A stretch of 64,000 nt of DNA from Paraspadella gotoi (Eukaryota; Animalia; Chaetognatha). A program made the translations under genes and the position numbers. Below, in pieces: positions 39,094 to 51,645 of this stretch. Location: positions 8,791,213 to 8,855,212 of the forward strand of contig CM119270.1 in the NCBI GenBank assembly GCA_051294375.1. The letters are read 5' to 3'. The notes beneath the pieces are model-generated. The model worked only from the letters and a program-made list of their open reading frames with translations. It ran no database searches and was not told the DNA's origin. Positions within the stretch are counted from its first letter, which is position 1; the number at the start of each line of letters is the position of its first letter.

Positions 39094-41407
39094 AAACAAA
39101 TAGAGAAAGGGAAAAGAAAGGACGAAAAAAAATAAATAAAAAGAAATTAATAGTTTGATTTTGTGTTTTCAAATCTTGATAGTCATTAAGAGAGGAGCGA
39201 CTCGACAGCTCAATGAAACCGAAGCACCCTTCCATGTGGAACAAAAGGCGGAAAACGGTAAACAAAACAAAACAGCGTTAGACCCTGAGCGCAATAAAGA
39301 AAGGGAGTAAAGAAAGAAAAAGAGAATTTGATAAATGAACGATATAATTTAATATAACTATATTTTACATATCAAAATATAGGTTTTAGTTTATAGTTGA
39401 CATTATCAAAGAAACTCATAAGAGATAAATAAAACTGATAAATTAAAACTGATATTGAGAAGAATTAACCCTAGTAATGGGTCTCAAAGAGCAATAATTA
39501 CGAATTACCGGGTATTCCGAGCATCATCTTGATCTGGTGCCACCGCGCTTCCCAAGTTCCTTCCGGAGGAAGGGGAACGTTTCCAGGGTTTTGGTTTACA
39601 TCCGGGGATTCGACGTCGTTGTCATAACCGTAAGAGTCGCGTCTCTTGGCTTGGGTGAGCGAAATAAGAAGAAGATGACAAAATTGTACAACGAACGATC
39701 ACAGTCCCGCCAAAAAAAAGTTCAAAAATGTTTACTGGTTTGGGTTTGATCAGATCCAGGGACTCCATTTACTTCGTTGTAGTCGGGAAGAGGGGGCAAA
39801 CCCATCACCTAAACGGATTTTCAAAAAAATGGAAATTTGGCAACGGAGTTTTAATGAGAAAATTAATCAAAGTCTACCTCTGATGGTTTTACTGCTTTGT
39901 CAGGCTGATATCTTAGAAGCAGGGTGCATATAGAAACCATCGTGTATGCCAATAGGGTGCCTAAAAAATGATTAAGTTGATTATGCAGTAATTGAGTATT
40001 GAAATCAATAAACAGATTTTTTGAGTACTACTAATCCTACACGCACCAATCGACATCAATTGCACCAATGCCTCCAGTCCCACGATGCAAGACATGACAG
40101 CAGCAGTGAATCCTGTAATAACAGTTGCCACAACCGGAGTCTCCGTCTTTGGGTGAACTTGGGACAGAAATCTAGGGTGGAGGTAACCAGGCGTGATAAT
40201 TAGTGGAAAAATTAATAGAGAATAATATATATAATATTATTTGTTGGCTTGTTCGAAAAAAAAAAATTTCAATAACTTTTTTCTAGGTTTTATTTTATCC
40301 AATTAATTCAGAGTGTCTGAAACAGAGTTTTGACCATTTAGAAAAGCCACCCTGAACTAACCTCGGTAAGAGGCCGTCTTTAGACATGGCGTAGATGACC
40401 CTGGGCATTGGGAACATGGAACCGAGCAGGGCGACCGTAAGGGCTGCCACTGATCCAATGGCCACCACAAACTTAGCCCAGTGGGCGTGGTCCTTGTAAG
40501 CGAACATGTCGATGATCGCCGATTCGGCGTGGATCTCCGACGTGGGCACCATAAGCGTCAGAGCAAGAGAAGACGTCACGTAGACTGTTTGGTGAAATGA
40601 AGTAATAGTATTTTTGACTATTTAATATTTTATTTTTTTACGTAAACTCGATCATACAAAAGATATCTCTAGAGTCAAAGGTCCTGAATGAGAGACAGAG
40701 AGAGAGAAAGACGGTACCCGTGAGACAGATAGTGAGCGCAGATATGATTGCCATAGGGATTGATTTGGCTGGATTCTTGGCCTCTTCGGCCGTCGTCGCG
40801 ATAATGTCGAAGCCAATGAAAGCGTAGAAGCAGTTGCCCGCCCCGTTGAATACCTGGTTACGAAAATGGTAACAAAGATGTTATGGTGGACTAAAATCCG
40901 TTCATCGGCGGCCATTGGTTCGGGGTTCTAGCCCGGTGGTCGCCTAGCAGTTAAGAGGTTAACACGTTGTTACAGCCTGATCAGAAGCTCAGGGACTGTT
41001 TATATTGAACGGTTCTGTCACTAATTTATAACAATTATTAATGTTTTTTATCAATTCAGTTACGATTTAGTTATAGTAATACTTGAATAGTTATTATAAC
41101 ACCTTAAAATGGAAACGAGAATCAATGTTAATAAACCACCACCCAGCATCCCCAGTCCCCACTCCCCAGATCCCCAGTCCCCACTCACCCCGGCCCATCC
41201 GTTCTCCAGAAAGCCCTTCTCCCAATTCGAGGGCGAAATGAAGAAGAGGGAGATGACTAGGACCAGGAGCCAAACGACGATGTTGACCCCGTTGAGGGCG
41301 TTGGTGACGCCCACCGACTTTTTGACGCCGGAAGCCAAGAGCGCCGTCATGGTCAGGGCGATGAAGAAGGCGAGGATGTCCGGGTAGTCGCGACCTTTGA
41401 ACAGTAA

Positions 41408-41446
<39 letters not shown>

Positions 41447-44400
41447 CGATGGAGATTGGTTTGGTGATATGATTACAAGACTTGATTGTTTCAAAAAAAG
41501 AGATGGAATTGAAAGTTTGCTGACAAATACGTATTATTTAAAAGAAGGAAGATTAATTATGAATTGTTTCATTGTTTTATTCATTGAACGTTTATTCAAT
41601 TGATTGATTGATTTACTGACGGAATGATTGATTAGTTTAATGATTTATTGATTCATTGATAGATAAAGTGATTTATTGATAGCCTTACCAATTACTGGAC
41701 TCAAGTTCTCGGAGAGATGGTCGCTGATCGAATGACTCATCAACGAATCGAAACAGGCTGACAAAGCGCAGGCCCCGGCGCTAGTTCCTGATCATACGTT
41801 TATAATTGGAAAAATACAAAAATCGAATCATGAATAATTGAACATGTATAGAATTAATGTTTTTACGAGTAAAATTACCTATGAGATACTCCAGGACGAG
41901 GTTCCAACCGATGACAAAGGCCACGAACTCTCCGACGGTCACATAGCTGTACATGTAGGCGCTGCCACTGGTTCGAGGAACCCGAACGGCAAACTCGCCG
42001 TAGCACACGCCTGTATGGAATGATATAGGTTAAACATGAGCGAACATTGCTTCTAGAGTAGCTTAGTCATTTCGAAAATTCTGTCAAAGATTCAAACTTA
42101 TATATTACTCCTCGATTTGGAAAATCACAGATTTTTGTTTTCACAGCTTTAGAGTTAGTAGACCTTCTAGTTTTTGAGTTGTTGCATGAATCGAAATTAC
42201 TCATAGTCATAGTAGGTTATAGTTAAATCCTATTTAAAACTATCCTTTCCACGTTTATACGTTTTTTTTTCCAGAGGGGAATTTGGCTCCTGACTTAAAA
42301 AAGATTAAGCCTTTACTGAGTCGGGAAATCAGGGAAATCAAATCTCATGAATAATTGATGGGTAACTCAAAGGCGAACGGATGAAGGAGATGGATGGAAA
42401 GAGAATACCACGGACGTTCCAGTGAGAGAACAACTGGATAAAGAATCATCGGAATGAAATAAAAAAAAATAGAACGACCCTTAATCAGCGACTGTACATT
42501 ATAAAAAATATTGACAAAGTACATACTTATAAAATTTCAACCTACAGGAGCAATTTAATTTTGATGACTTTTAATTGTTTCATCATAAAACAATGTAACT
42601 TATGTTTCCGCGAAAATTTACTCGTCAAGTCGGTTTTTACAATGCCAAGCATTATCTTGCTTAAAGAGATTTCATGCTGAAAACCGGTAGAAATTTCTAG
42701 TTTTTGAAATGTTGGCCATTATCTGACATTTAGTAGTGATAAGTTTTTTCTTTGTTTGTTATTTAGCAAGTTTTGAAAGTGGGCTACACAATAAAAAGAC
42801 GGAGATATATTTATATCCACTTTATTTGAAAGACAATATAAATTTAAATAATCAGCAGTGTAATAATTTTAGCTTCGGATCATTTTTTCTTGCATGTGCA
42901 AGTAAACAATTCGATATTTATCGATTGACAAAAAATGCATTTTTGAAATTAACGGAAAGAAGTACGAATTGAAAAAAAAGCAAATTGTTAAATGTCGTTA
43001 GTTTTCTTTTCAGTCATCCGACCAACAAGTGTTTTTAAAAAAACTTTTCCTATTGGTCTTCATCAACTTTACTCTCCGCTAAATTCTATTTTACTTACAA
43101 TTATTAGAGCCGGATATTCTTATCACCATTAAAAAAACGGAATTAAAAATTAAACCAATTAAAATCTATAAGAGCATCAAATTCCATCGTGTTCAAAGCG
43201 TTAATATATATAAAATATTAGTATAACCAACTTGTGACAATCAAAACAAGATTTTTAAGACTAAATCGTTAACGATTGCTTTAATTTTAATTCTAAATTT
43301 TAAGTTGTAACATATTTGACGATAAATATATAAATTTTTTTTGCTTTGACTTTCACTTAGAAGAGGAGCGAGTTTTACGACCTCAATCGCATTCGCTTTA
43401 ACAAGCGGACGAGATCCGAGTTTTCATTTCGCCTCTGAACGTTGTTGTTGTTGTTGTTATTGCTATTGTTATTTCTGGCGTTGGCGTTGGCGTCGCAAGG
43501 ATTTTGATCCCTTGTTTGATTGAGAGCTAATCTGACGTTGTCCTTCGCCAAATCACTGTCTCCCTTGAGGAAAAATCGGACGACGCGACGGTGAGCGTCC
43601 AGAATAAAGACTGTGTCCTTCGCAGCGTTGTACTTTTTACAGAGACACAACTAGAGAGGAAAAAATACATTTACATTTTTAAAAAAAGTGAAAATTATTA
43701 AGGTTATGATCGCAACCTAACTTACATTCGTCGTGTCTTGAAAAAAATGGATGACGTTTCCTGTGGCGCTGCGAAGGTCCTTTTCCCTATATTATTAACA
43801 ATAGTTACTCATCGATTGACCAATATCCCTTATGACAGATTTCGTTTGGTAAACAGAAAAAGTCAGGGATAATCGAAAAAAGCTAATAAATTTTGGTTCA
43901 AGAAAAAAACTTCAGTGACGGTATGTTCACACCGCCTCACATCCACCATCATTCAGCCAATCCCATTGGCGTTCCATCTACAGTCCTAACTACTTCCCTC
44001 TGCGTTGGCAAAGAGAGACCGTCCCAGGGAAACCGCACCAGTGACAGGAGACGTCACTGAGGTTCGGAAGCCCCTAAAGCCAACAGTGAGATGCCCCATC
44101 CCAAAGGGCATCATAGGCAACCCGTCTGTTGCCATAGTGCGCAGGATATAATAAAATCCCCTTCATTAATCGTTAATTCCGGTCGTATCGAAGAACTTCA
44201 TTTTACCACATTAAAGTCCACATGTGAATCAGTCGTTAAAGAAACTTTCGTATTTCCTTCACAATTCACAGACGACTCACTTGTCTCTGGCGGTGACGTT
44301 GTTGACGACGACGAATTCGACATCAAGTTGGTGAGGCTTCGACAGGTTCGCGAGTTCGACCCGAAGGGACTCCAGCATTTCTGCCTGCTTCAGACAAAAG

Positions 44401-46694
44401 GGTCACCTGGCGTCGTAGAACGCCAACACCGTCATCTTGTTTGGCGGGAAAACTTTGGGGGGGGAGAAATAGGGTGGAGTGAGATATGAATGGGTTCTAG
44501 AAATTGGTTTAATTTTAACTAAAAAAAATGTTCTAAATAACTTAAGAAATGCATAATATCTTTTTACAATTAGCGTAGATATTATTATTATGATGAATAA
44601 ACTCATTCTCGATCTGAACCTTGGACCAAGAACCTTGAACCATTGCAACAAGATTATAATTTTACTTCTATAAAGGTTGCACAATACATAAATTAATACA
44701 ATAGAATACGAATAAATAAATAAAAGGCCAATATATCTAAAGATTTAGAAAGTAAATATATATAAAAAAGCTACAAATTATATAGATAGGACTTTATAAT
44801 TGTGCAATTTCAATACTTGACTCAATCTTACTTTTTCCACTTGCGTTTTTCCACGTCGGCGCATCCAAACAAAGCGTGTGACTCGAATTCAATTGGCTCA
44901 ACGACCAAGCAGACGAAACTCCCGCGCAACTGGCCGGCGCCGAGGTCGTCGTCGCTGCACCGGCTGCATTGGAGGCCACGGCGTTGGAATCGGCGCCGCT
45001 CAAGACGAGAAGGAGGGAGAAGGCGTGGCTGACGAGTTGAGCGAGAGAGGGCGTTGGCGGAGAAATGCGCTGCGCCGCCATTTTTTCTCTCCGGTTTTTT
45101 TTTAAAGCGTCCTTTTTTTTAAAACCCGTATTTCGATGAGAAAAACTCTTTTTTTGTCGTTTTTATTTATTTATGGGCGATACTAAAAATAAAAAAAAGT
45201 ACCTTTACGTAAGAGGAAGTGCACAAAACTATTTTTCGCCTTCCCAAAATTCCTCGTACCAAGGAACTTAAATTATATTTTAAGAAGATATAAAGAAAGA
45301 CTCCTTAAAAGATAATTTATGTTCCTTGGTACGAGGAATAATGGGAAGGCGAAAAATAGTGAGAGAGAGACGAAAACGGGAACTCCTCCACCAAGACAAT
45401 TTTCAAATCACGAAAATTAAGCACCGAATCCCGTGAAAATGTGGGCAAAGAGAAATCCAGTGAGATAATGAGAGGGAGAGATAAATGAAAGGAAAGAGAA
45501 TAAAACTAACAAAAGAACATTTGAGGATGGAAAAAGAAAAAAGAAGGAAAAAAAAAGGAAAGAAACAAAAGACTTTCGCGGTCGTTTCGTCCCGCAGCTG
45601 GCTTAATTGCGACTTGCGCTGGAAGAAAGCGAATTCAACTATTTTTCTTCTTTTTACTGGAGACATAAAATAAAACTTTCTCCACTCGCTCTCTATCTAA
45701 CTCCTTTTATTTGGTTCAAATCCTTCTTCCAAACCGAAGAATCAAATAAATTATCGAGTAAAAATGGGGGAAAACGAGAAAAAATGAAAAACAAAATTTA
45801 TTTTTTGTGCGGGCGTTCCGAGTCAACTCCCAAAGAAAACAAAATAACTGAACGTGGAGATTTCAGTTGTAGTAAATGACAGCTACGGACGTAAGGATTT
45901 CTATCAGAGGTACGAACATAATTTTCACTTACAATACTTGTGAGATGAAATTAATCATTTATATTTGACTGATGAGTAAATTGATTACTTCAAACGTCAT
46001 ACGTCTTAAAAATGAAAAAAAAAAAAAATTAAGGAAGTAAAAGCGAGATAGAATTGCCGATTTAAAAAAAAGGTCGTCGCTTTAAGAAATTTAAACTTCA
46101 AAATACTCGTGAGATTTTGAGTTTTTAAAATTGAAAGTTGACACGTTAACGAAATGAGGACCAATCTGACGAAGTTTTAGATCGCGAGTCTTGACTCGTG
46201 CGTCGATCTTTAACAATGAGAACAGTCCGACTTGCTTGACAGGTTTTTAATTTTTTTTTTTTGGGTCTTTTTTTATTTGAGTAAGATTTTCGCCTTGAGA
46301 AACTCGATCACTCAAAACGGCGAACCTATATTCGCTCGAGGGTTAACTACCCAAGCAGTAAAAATATGAAATGAAGAACAGCTGATTGCAAAGAAATTAA
46401 GACACACTCAGCGTAACAACTCCCATGTGATCAAGGCAAGAGATTAATTTTAGAGCGAGTTTACAAAAATAGTCACAAATACAATAATTTGTTTTGGTTT
46501 TTTTTTTATGAAATTGGTACAACCAATATATATATGTGAGATATATAATATATATATATATATATAAAAGGGAGAGAAGAAAAAAGAGAGAGGGAGAGAA
46601 GAGAGAGAGGGAGAAGAGAAAAGAGAAAAGAGAGAAGAAAAGAGAGAGAAAGAGAGAGAAAAAGAGAAAGAGAGAAAGAGGAGAGAGAGAGAGA

Positions 46695-46727
<33 letters not shown>

Positions 46728-46896
46728 AAGAAGAGAGAGAGAGAAAAAGAGAGAGAGAGAGAAAGAGAGAGCAATACGATTTACTAAACTTGACACGCTT
46801 CATATATGTATTTAGTCACACTCGGTTCGCCACATCCACTGACACTTACCGGCCGAAGAAACCAACCCCGATGGGTGGTGAGGACGGAGAGGAGAA

Positions 46897-46970
<74 letters not shown>

Positions 46971-49592
46971 TCCAGCTTGAAAAATTGCAACTCCACGCAA
47001 GTACATATTCTAACTGGACAGAAAAGTACCCGGCATATTGCAGTGAACATACAATTACCAATGCCATTCTTGATTCTTCAGTTTGCGGTTAGGCAACCTC
47101 CCCCCGGCCACCAAGAAAAAAAAAGAAATTAATGGATTCGCCCCAAGCTCCCAGAAAATCCCTCTCTGGGTTGTTTTTCCCAAAAAGTCTTAGATTTTGG
47201 AATTTCTAGCTCAAAAAAACATCTTTTTGTCCAGAGGTAAAAATTCGTTCGTGGTGAAGAAATAGCATAATTCATTAATTGTAATGGATTTATTAATAAA
47301 CCGTTAATATGACAACAGTCTCTGATCATCGTTTCAGGGTATAAAACCATGCTGCTGATAAGTCAATCGTCCTGTCCCACCTAATTGCTAATTGCCTGCG
47401 GCTCCAATGACCACTGTGAACATTGGGTAGATTTTATTCAACCAGATTTGAAAATTGTTAAGCTATATAAAAAGTAATTATAGGGTTAATTGAAAGACAG
47501 AAAAAAACTAAAGGAATTTCTGCAACAAAGACAACAGAAACAAGAGAAGTGACGTTCATACAGGTACCCTCAACCCTAAATCTGAATACCTTAATTGCTA
47601 TCTTACTTGTTTTTTATTGTTGTATTCTCTTACGTAATGTGTGGGTGGCTTTATAACCTACTTTTTAATATGATACGATGACACCATTTTATATTAGGAG
47701 AACAATAAAATTGAAATGACATCCGAGTTTTATGCCCGACAAAAAAAAATAGAACTTACCCGAGAGAAGGGCTGAGACGGCGGCGACGCAGAAGGAAAGG
47801 GCGACTGCGGGTCCGGCCACGTTTTTGGCCACCATTCCGATCACCACGTACATCCCGGTGCCTAAAAAAGGGCACTTACTACAGTGTGATTGTTATGTTT
47901 GGGTTAAAATTTTTTGGACGCAATGAAGTTAGAGATAAGAATTCGAAAGCGGGGTTAATCAAAACAGGAGGACAAATTGTTTTTATTCGATCACTGTCAC
48001 TCATTCTAATGTTTTGTGGTTGTTCAGAAGGCCCATGTTTTTCATACATAAGAGTTGACATGGTTAATGTTAATGTTCATCCTCCGTGATTTTTTTTTCC
48101 ATTTTGTCTCTTTTCTCATAACATCCCAAAAACTCCCTCTTTTTTTTTTTGTTCTGTTGAACTCACGATCGAGTTTCCTACGAACCACTCGCTCTCTGTC
48201 TGAACCTCTTTTTCCGTTTCTAATGGCCGGGCCACCATTTTGACTGGAGTCACCGAATCCTGAAGGCCCGAAGCCTGCACAAGGTCTCTGATGCGAAAAG
48301 CGAGAAAGCTCCTCGAATAACAACATTTTTTTATGATACTCTTTGTTCACTTATTCATACGTTTTACAACTAAATCCCAAATACGTAATCAGTTAAAGTG
48401 GCAATTACATACTTAAGATAGTAGAAAAAAATAATTACTTCGTCGACTTAAAATGTTTTAAAATTTATTTGATGTTTTTTCTTCTTGAAAAAATGTATTT
48501 TCCCTGTTTGTCATCTTTTTGTTTATCAAAACTTGTTTTTCCGAACGACGACGACGAAGACAACGACGACAACGACGACGACTCGGAGGTTGATGCCCGC
48601 GACATTTCCTTTTCTTTATCGCCAACGACGCAATAAAATCTCCACCGAGACTGAGCGAGTGACGTCATTGACGCCAACTCAAGCGACTCTCCTCTCCTCT
48701 GCCTTTGTCCTCTGCCTTTGTCCTCTGCCTTTGTCCTCCGCCTTTGTCCACACCATTCTTATCCCGCCCTCACCTCAACTAACCTACCTACCTACCTAGC
48801 TGCTACTCGACTATATTTATTCCCTACTTTAAACTCGGGCGATGATAGATAGATAGATAATAGATTATAATCGCGACATTCATCCAGAAAATTACCCGGT
48901 CCATCAATTGATAAACCCCGTCAATCCTTATTCGAAATAACCATCTTTCACAACATCAAAACCCGCTCACTCATCCCGCGACTCACACTCGGGTCCGGAG
49001 CCACCGGAGCTCTTGTCCCAGATTTGTTCCTTTGCTTTTCTTTTTTTATTTTGTTTCTTTATTCGTTTCTTTTTCTTTATTCGTTTTTTTTTTTTTATTT
49101 ACTCTTTGTTTTTTCCTTCATTTAATTTCGCCATGTTTTTTATTTTTTTCTCTCATTTTATCCCTTTCTTTTATCTTTTTTTTAGGTTTTAATATTTCTT
49201 ACCTTTTTTCATTTTTTCCAGTTTTTAACTTCTCAATTTTTTTTCTACATACTTCATTGTTTCATATATATATATAATCGTATGTATAATTAATTAATTA
49301 TATATATCAAATTGAGTCTTGAAACGAGCATATTTTTCGTCATTATTTCAGTAAACAAAAACTCAATAACAGCTGCATGACAACGCAGCCGTACCTTTCT
49401 CACATGTTGAACTACATCAAGATTGTATTTTTGTCTTTGCTTGAATGGAAGTACAAGAACAAACAATCGTCCTTAACCAATCCGCAAGGGCAAGCCAACC
49501 CGACCCCTCTCACCAACGAGCTCGCCCGATTCGGACCAACCAAATGAAATGTCAAGTTTCCCGCTGCGAATTTTACTTCTTTTCTTCTCTTT

Positions 49593-49679
<87 letters not shown>

Positions 49680-49865
49680 CTAATCTTTTCTTTCCTCTTT
49701 TTACTCTATCTTATTTTTAAACTGATTTTTTTTTCTTCTCTTCCTTTTTATTCATTTTGTCTTTATTGAAAACTTTGTGGAGGAAACAAAATCACATATA
49801 CATATAAATATACATATACTAGAAAGAAAGAAAGAAAGAAAAGATAAGAAAAAAGAAAAAGAAAG

Positions 49866-49908
<43 letters not shown>

Positions 49909-50015
49909 CAGAAAGAATGAATAAAATTAATAAATTAATGAATGATAAATGAATGAATAAATGAATGAATGAATGAATGAATAAATGAATGAATAAATGA
50001 ATAAATAAATAATAA

Positions 50016-50070
<55 letters not shown>

Positions 50071-50494
50071 GAAAATGAATAAACGAATGAATGAATGATT
50101 AATCATTGATTAATCGCACAAATCAAACCAATAAAATTCATAGAATCAATCAATTGAATCAATCAACCAGTCTAATCAATCGAATCAACCAAAAGAATCG
50201 ATCAATCAACCAACTAATCCTTCTTTCCCTCTCACCGCAACAGCTCCCGACTCCCAATGAGATGAGATCGAGCGTCGTGAGACATTTGGACAACTTCTTG
50301 GCGGCGGCGCCTTCGGAACTCCACCCGTGCAGATGTAGGTTCTTGTCGAACTCCCCGTCGCCGTATCCCTCTCCGCCGGCGCCTCCGCCTCCGCCGCCGC
50401 CACCGCCGGGGCCTCCCACTTCTTCGTCTTCTTTGGCGATCGTTTTGGTGCGAAGGAGGCGATGCCCAAACTTGGGGGGACAGAGAAAGAGAGG

Positions 50495-50530
<36 letters not shown>

Positions 50531-51645
50531 AAAACAATATTTTATTTTAAGCTGAGCCTTAACTTCGACTTGGAAGAATTAGTAAAACTAATCATAAGAC
50601 ATTGTTTGTTAAAGGAGTGTGCTTGTTAAAAAAACTGGTCCAACTCGAGTTTGTTCCGCTTAGTTAATTTTTAAAGGGGTCACAGTCATATGAACAATCG
50701 AATTGATGCTGAGGTGATGGCGGAAAACCTTCGCAGTTAAAATGTGTTATTTGGCGAGACCGTTTTTTACTCAGTGACAATATTTTTGGTGCAGGGTGCA
50801 ACACGAAACACTTTTAATAGCACAGCCTATTCAAAGTCAAGGTAAAGATTGCCAATTTATTAAATCAAATGATGATTTTTTTATTGGTTGTACCAATTTC
50901 AGAACCTGGGTCAAGCTCGCAGACAGAGGATCGTGTTTTCAGGCATCAATGAAATTCTCAATTTAATATTATAAAAATTTACAAATTACTTGTTTCACTA
51001 TTTTCTATTTTTATATTTATATTAGATTTATATTAGAAAAAGAAATTTTAGTTATCAACAAAATAAAAAACGTCAAGACCATTAATTTCCAGATTTTTTG
51101 GTTGTGTTTAACGCAAGCAGTAATGTGATACGCGACCCGTGAATTTCACAAACGTGCGTTGAGTTTCTCTGACCGAATATTTACGAAGCGGCGACCGACC
51201 GACACGGGGAAAAAGTTAAGAATTTCCGAGAAATCCAATGAAAAGAAATGACGATTTAACATTTGTACTTTCGGAATTTAAAACTTTACATTCTTTATTT
51301 TCTATTTTTTCTTGGCTTTTATCTTTTTTTCTATTTTCTTTTTTCCCTTTCCTCTCTTTTTATTTAATTCGTTTTTCCATTCTCTTTTTCTCTCTCTTCT
51401 TTCCTCGCTCCCCCGAAACATCATCCTATCCGCCTTTCGACTTACCGGGTGGCGGCCATCTTTGTTTCGGGGTCATTCAAGTGGGTTACTTCAGCGAGAT
51501 GCGATCCAGCAGCTTTGAACTGTTCCAACCCCTGGGCCACTGTGTTTTGAATGACATCCGGGGGACCGTGAACGCTGCCGTTACCGTGGTTTACATCCGG
51601 GACCTCGTTTGACGGGTATTCTCCGTGAGGTCGGGAGGGATCCAT
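37504..51645 (-). CDS. SLC7A14: Cationic amino acid transporter, SLC7A14-like (APC superfamily)
   Basis: Exons include 50236-50470 ([24 protein letters not shown]), 47760-47861 (GTGMYVV..VAGPAV), 41879-42010 ([43 protein letters not shown]), 41689-41787, ~41190-41394, ~40733-40853, ~40362-40584 ([19 protein letters not shown]), ~40046-40151, ~39858-39961, ~39509-39810, ~38680-38889, ~38206-38335 ([10 protein letters not shown]) and 37504-37817. The first coding exon (near 51446-51645) is uncertain. Confidence 0.9.
40917..41040 (+). mobile_element. tRNA-derived SINE family B, 5'-truncated copy
   Basis: Matches the reverse complement of 61156-61300 (GGGGTTCTAGCCCGGTGGTCG..CAGTTAAGAGG..AAGCTCAGGGACTG..ATATTGAACGGTTCT) with an AT-rich tail. 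Confidence 0.75.
43008..43072 (-). promoter_or_regulatory. SECIS element (type II-like) in the 3'UTR of the SELENOP-like gene
   Basis: Minus strand reads AGUUG-AUGAA-GACCAAUAG-G-AAAA-GUUUUU-UU-AAAAAC-AC-UUGUUGGUC-GGAU-GACU. This shows the AUGA/GA core, a 9-bp helix II, unpaired As, an apical mini-stem and AGUU/GACU helix I pairing, about 310 nt downstream of the stop codon. Confidence 0.85.
43375..45081 (-). CDS. SELENOP: Selenoprotein P-like protein (N-terminal thioredoxin-fold domain, single Sec in UxxC), 252 aa, nested in an SLC7A14 intron
   Basis: Exons 44832-45081, 44281-44452, 43726-43786 and 43375-43650 join in frame (759 nt) with one internal TGA at 44403-44405. Protein: signal peptide..[74 protein letters not shown]. 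This parallels vertebrate SELENOP (VTVVALLQASUYLCILQASKLEDLRVKL..YIVVN..KDDFLIYDRCGRLV). Downstream SECIS present. Confidence 0.9.
43915..44136 (-). repeat. Dispersed structured repeat, family D, copy 2 (intron 2 of the SELENOP-like gene)
   Basis: Reverse complement aligns with 20035-20277. Confidence 0.8.
45228..45360. mobile_element. 133-bp near-perfect inverted repeat (MITE-like hairpin)
   Basis: ACTATTTTTCGCCTTCCCA..TTCCTCGTACCAAGGAAC..AATTAT mirrored by ATAATT..GTTCCTTGGTACGAGGAA..TGGGAAGGCGAAAAATAGT; arms about 60 bp, spacer about 13 nt. Confidence 0.8.
48697..48750 (+). repeat. 13-bp minisatellite (CTCTGCCTTTGTC)x4
   Basis: Direct reading of tandem units. Confidence 0.85.

Noticed and set aside
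44403-44405. TGA as a true stop, making the SELENOP-like locus a pseudogene
   Set aside because: It sits at the Sec position of the UxxC motif, the frame and similarity continue through three exons, and a SECIS is present.
45968-46000. Hammerhead ribozyme (CTGATGA-GTAA..TTAC)
   Set aside because: The required GAAA after stem II is absent (TTCAAAC) and no convincing stems I/III were found.
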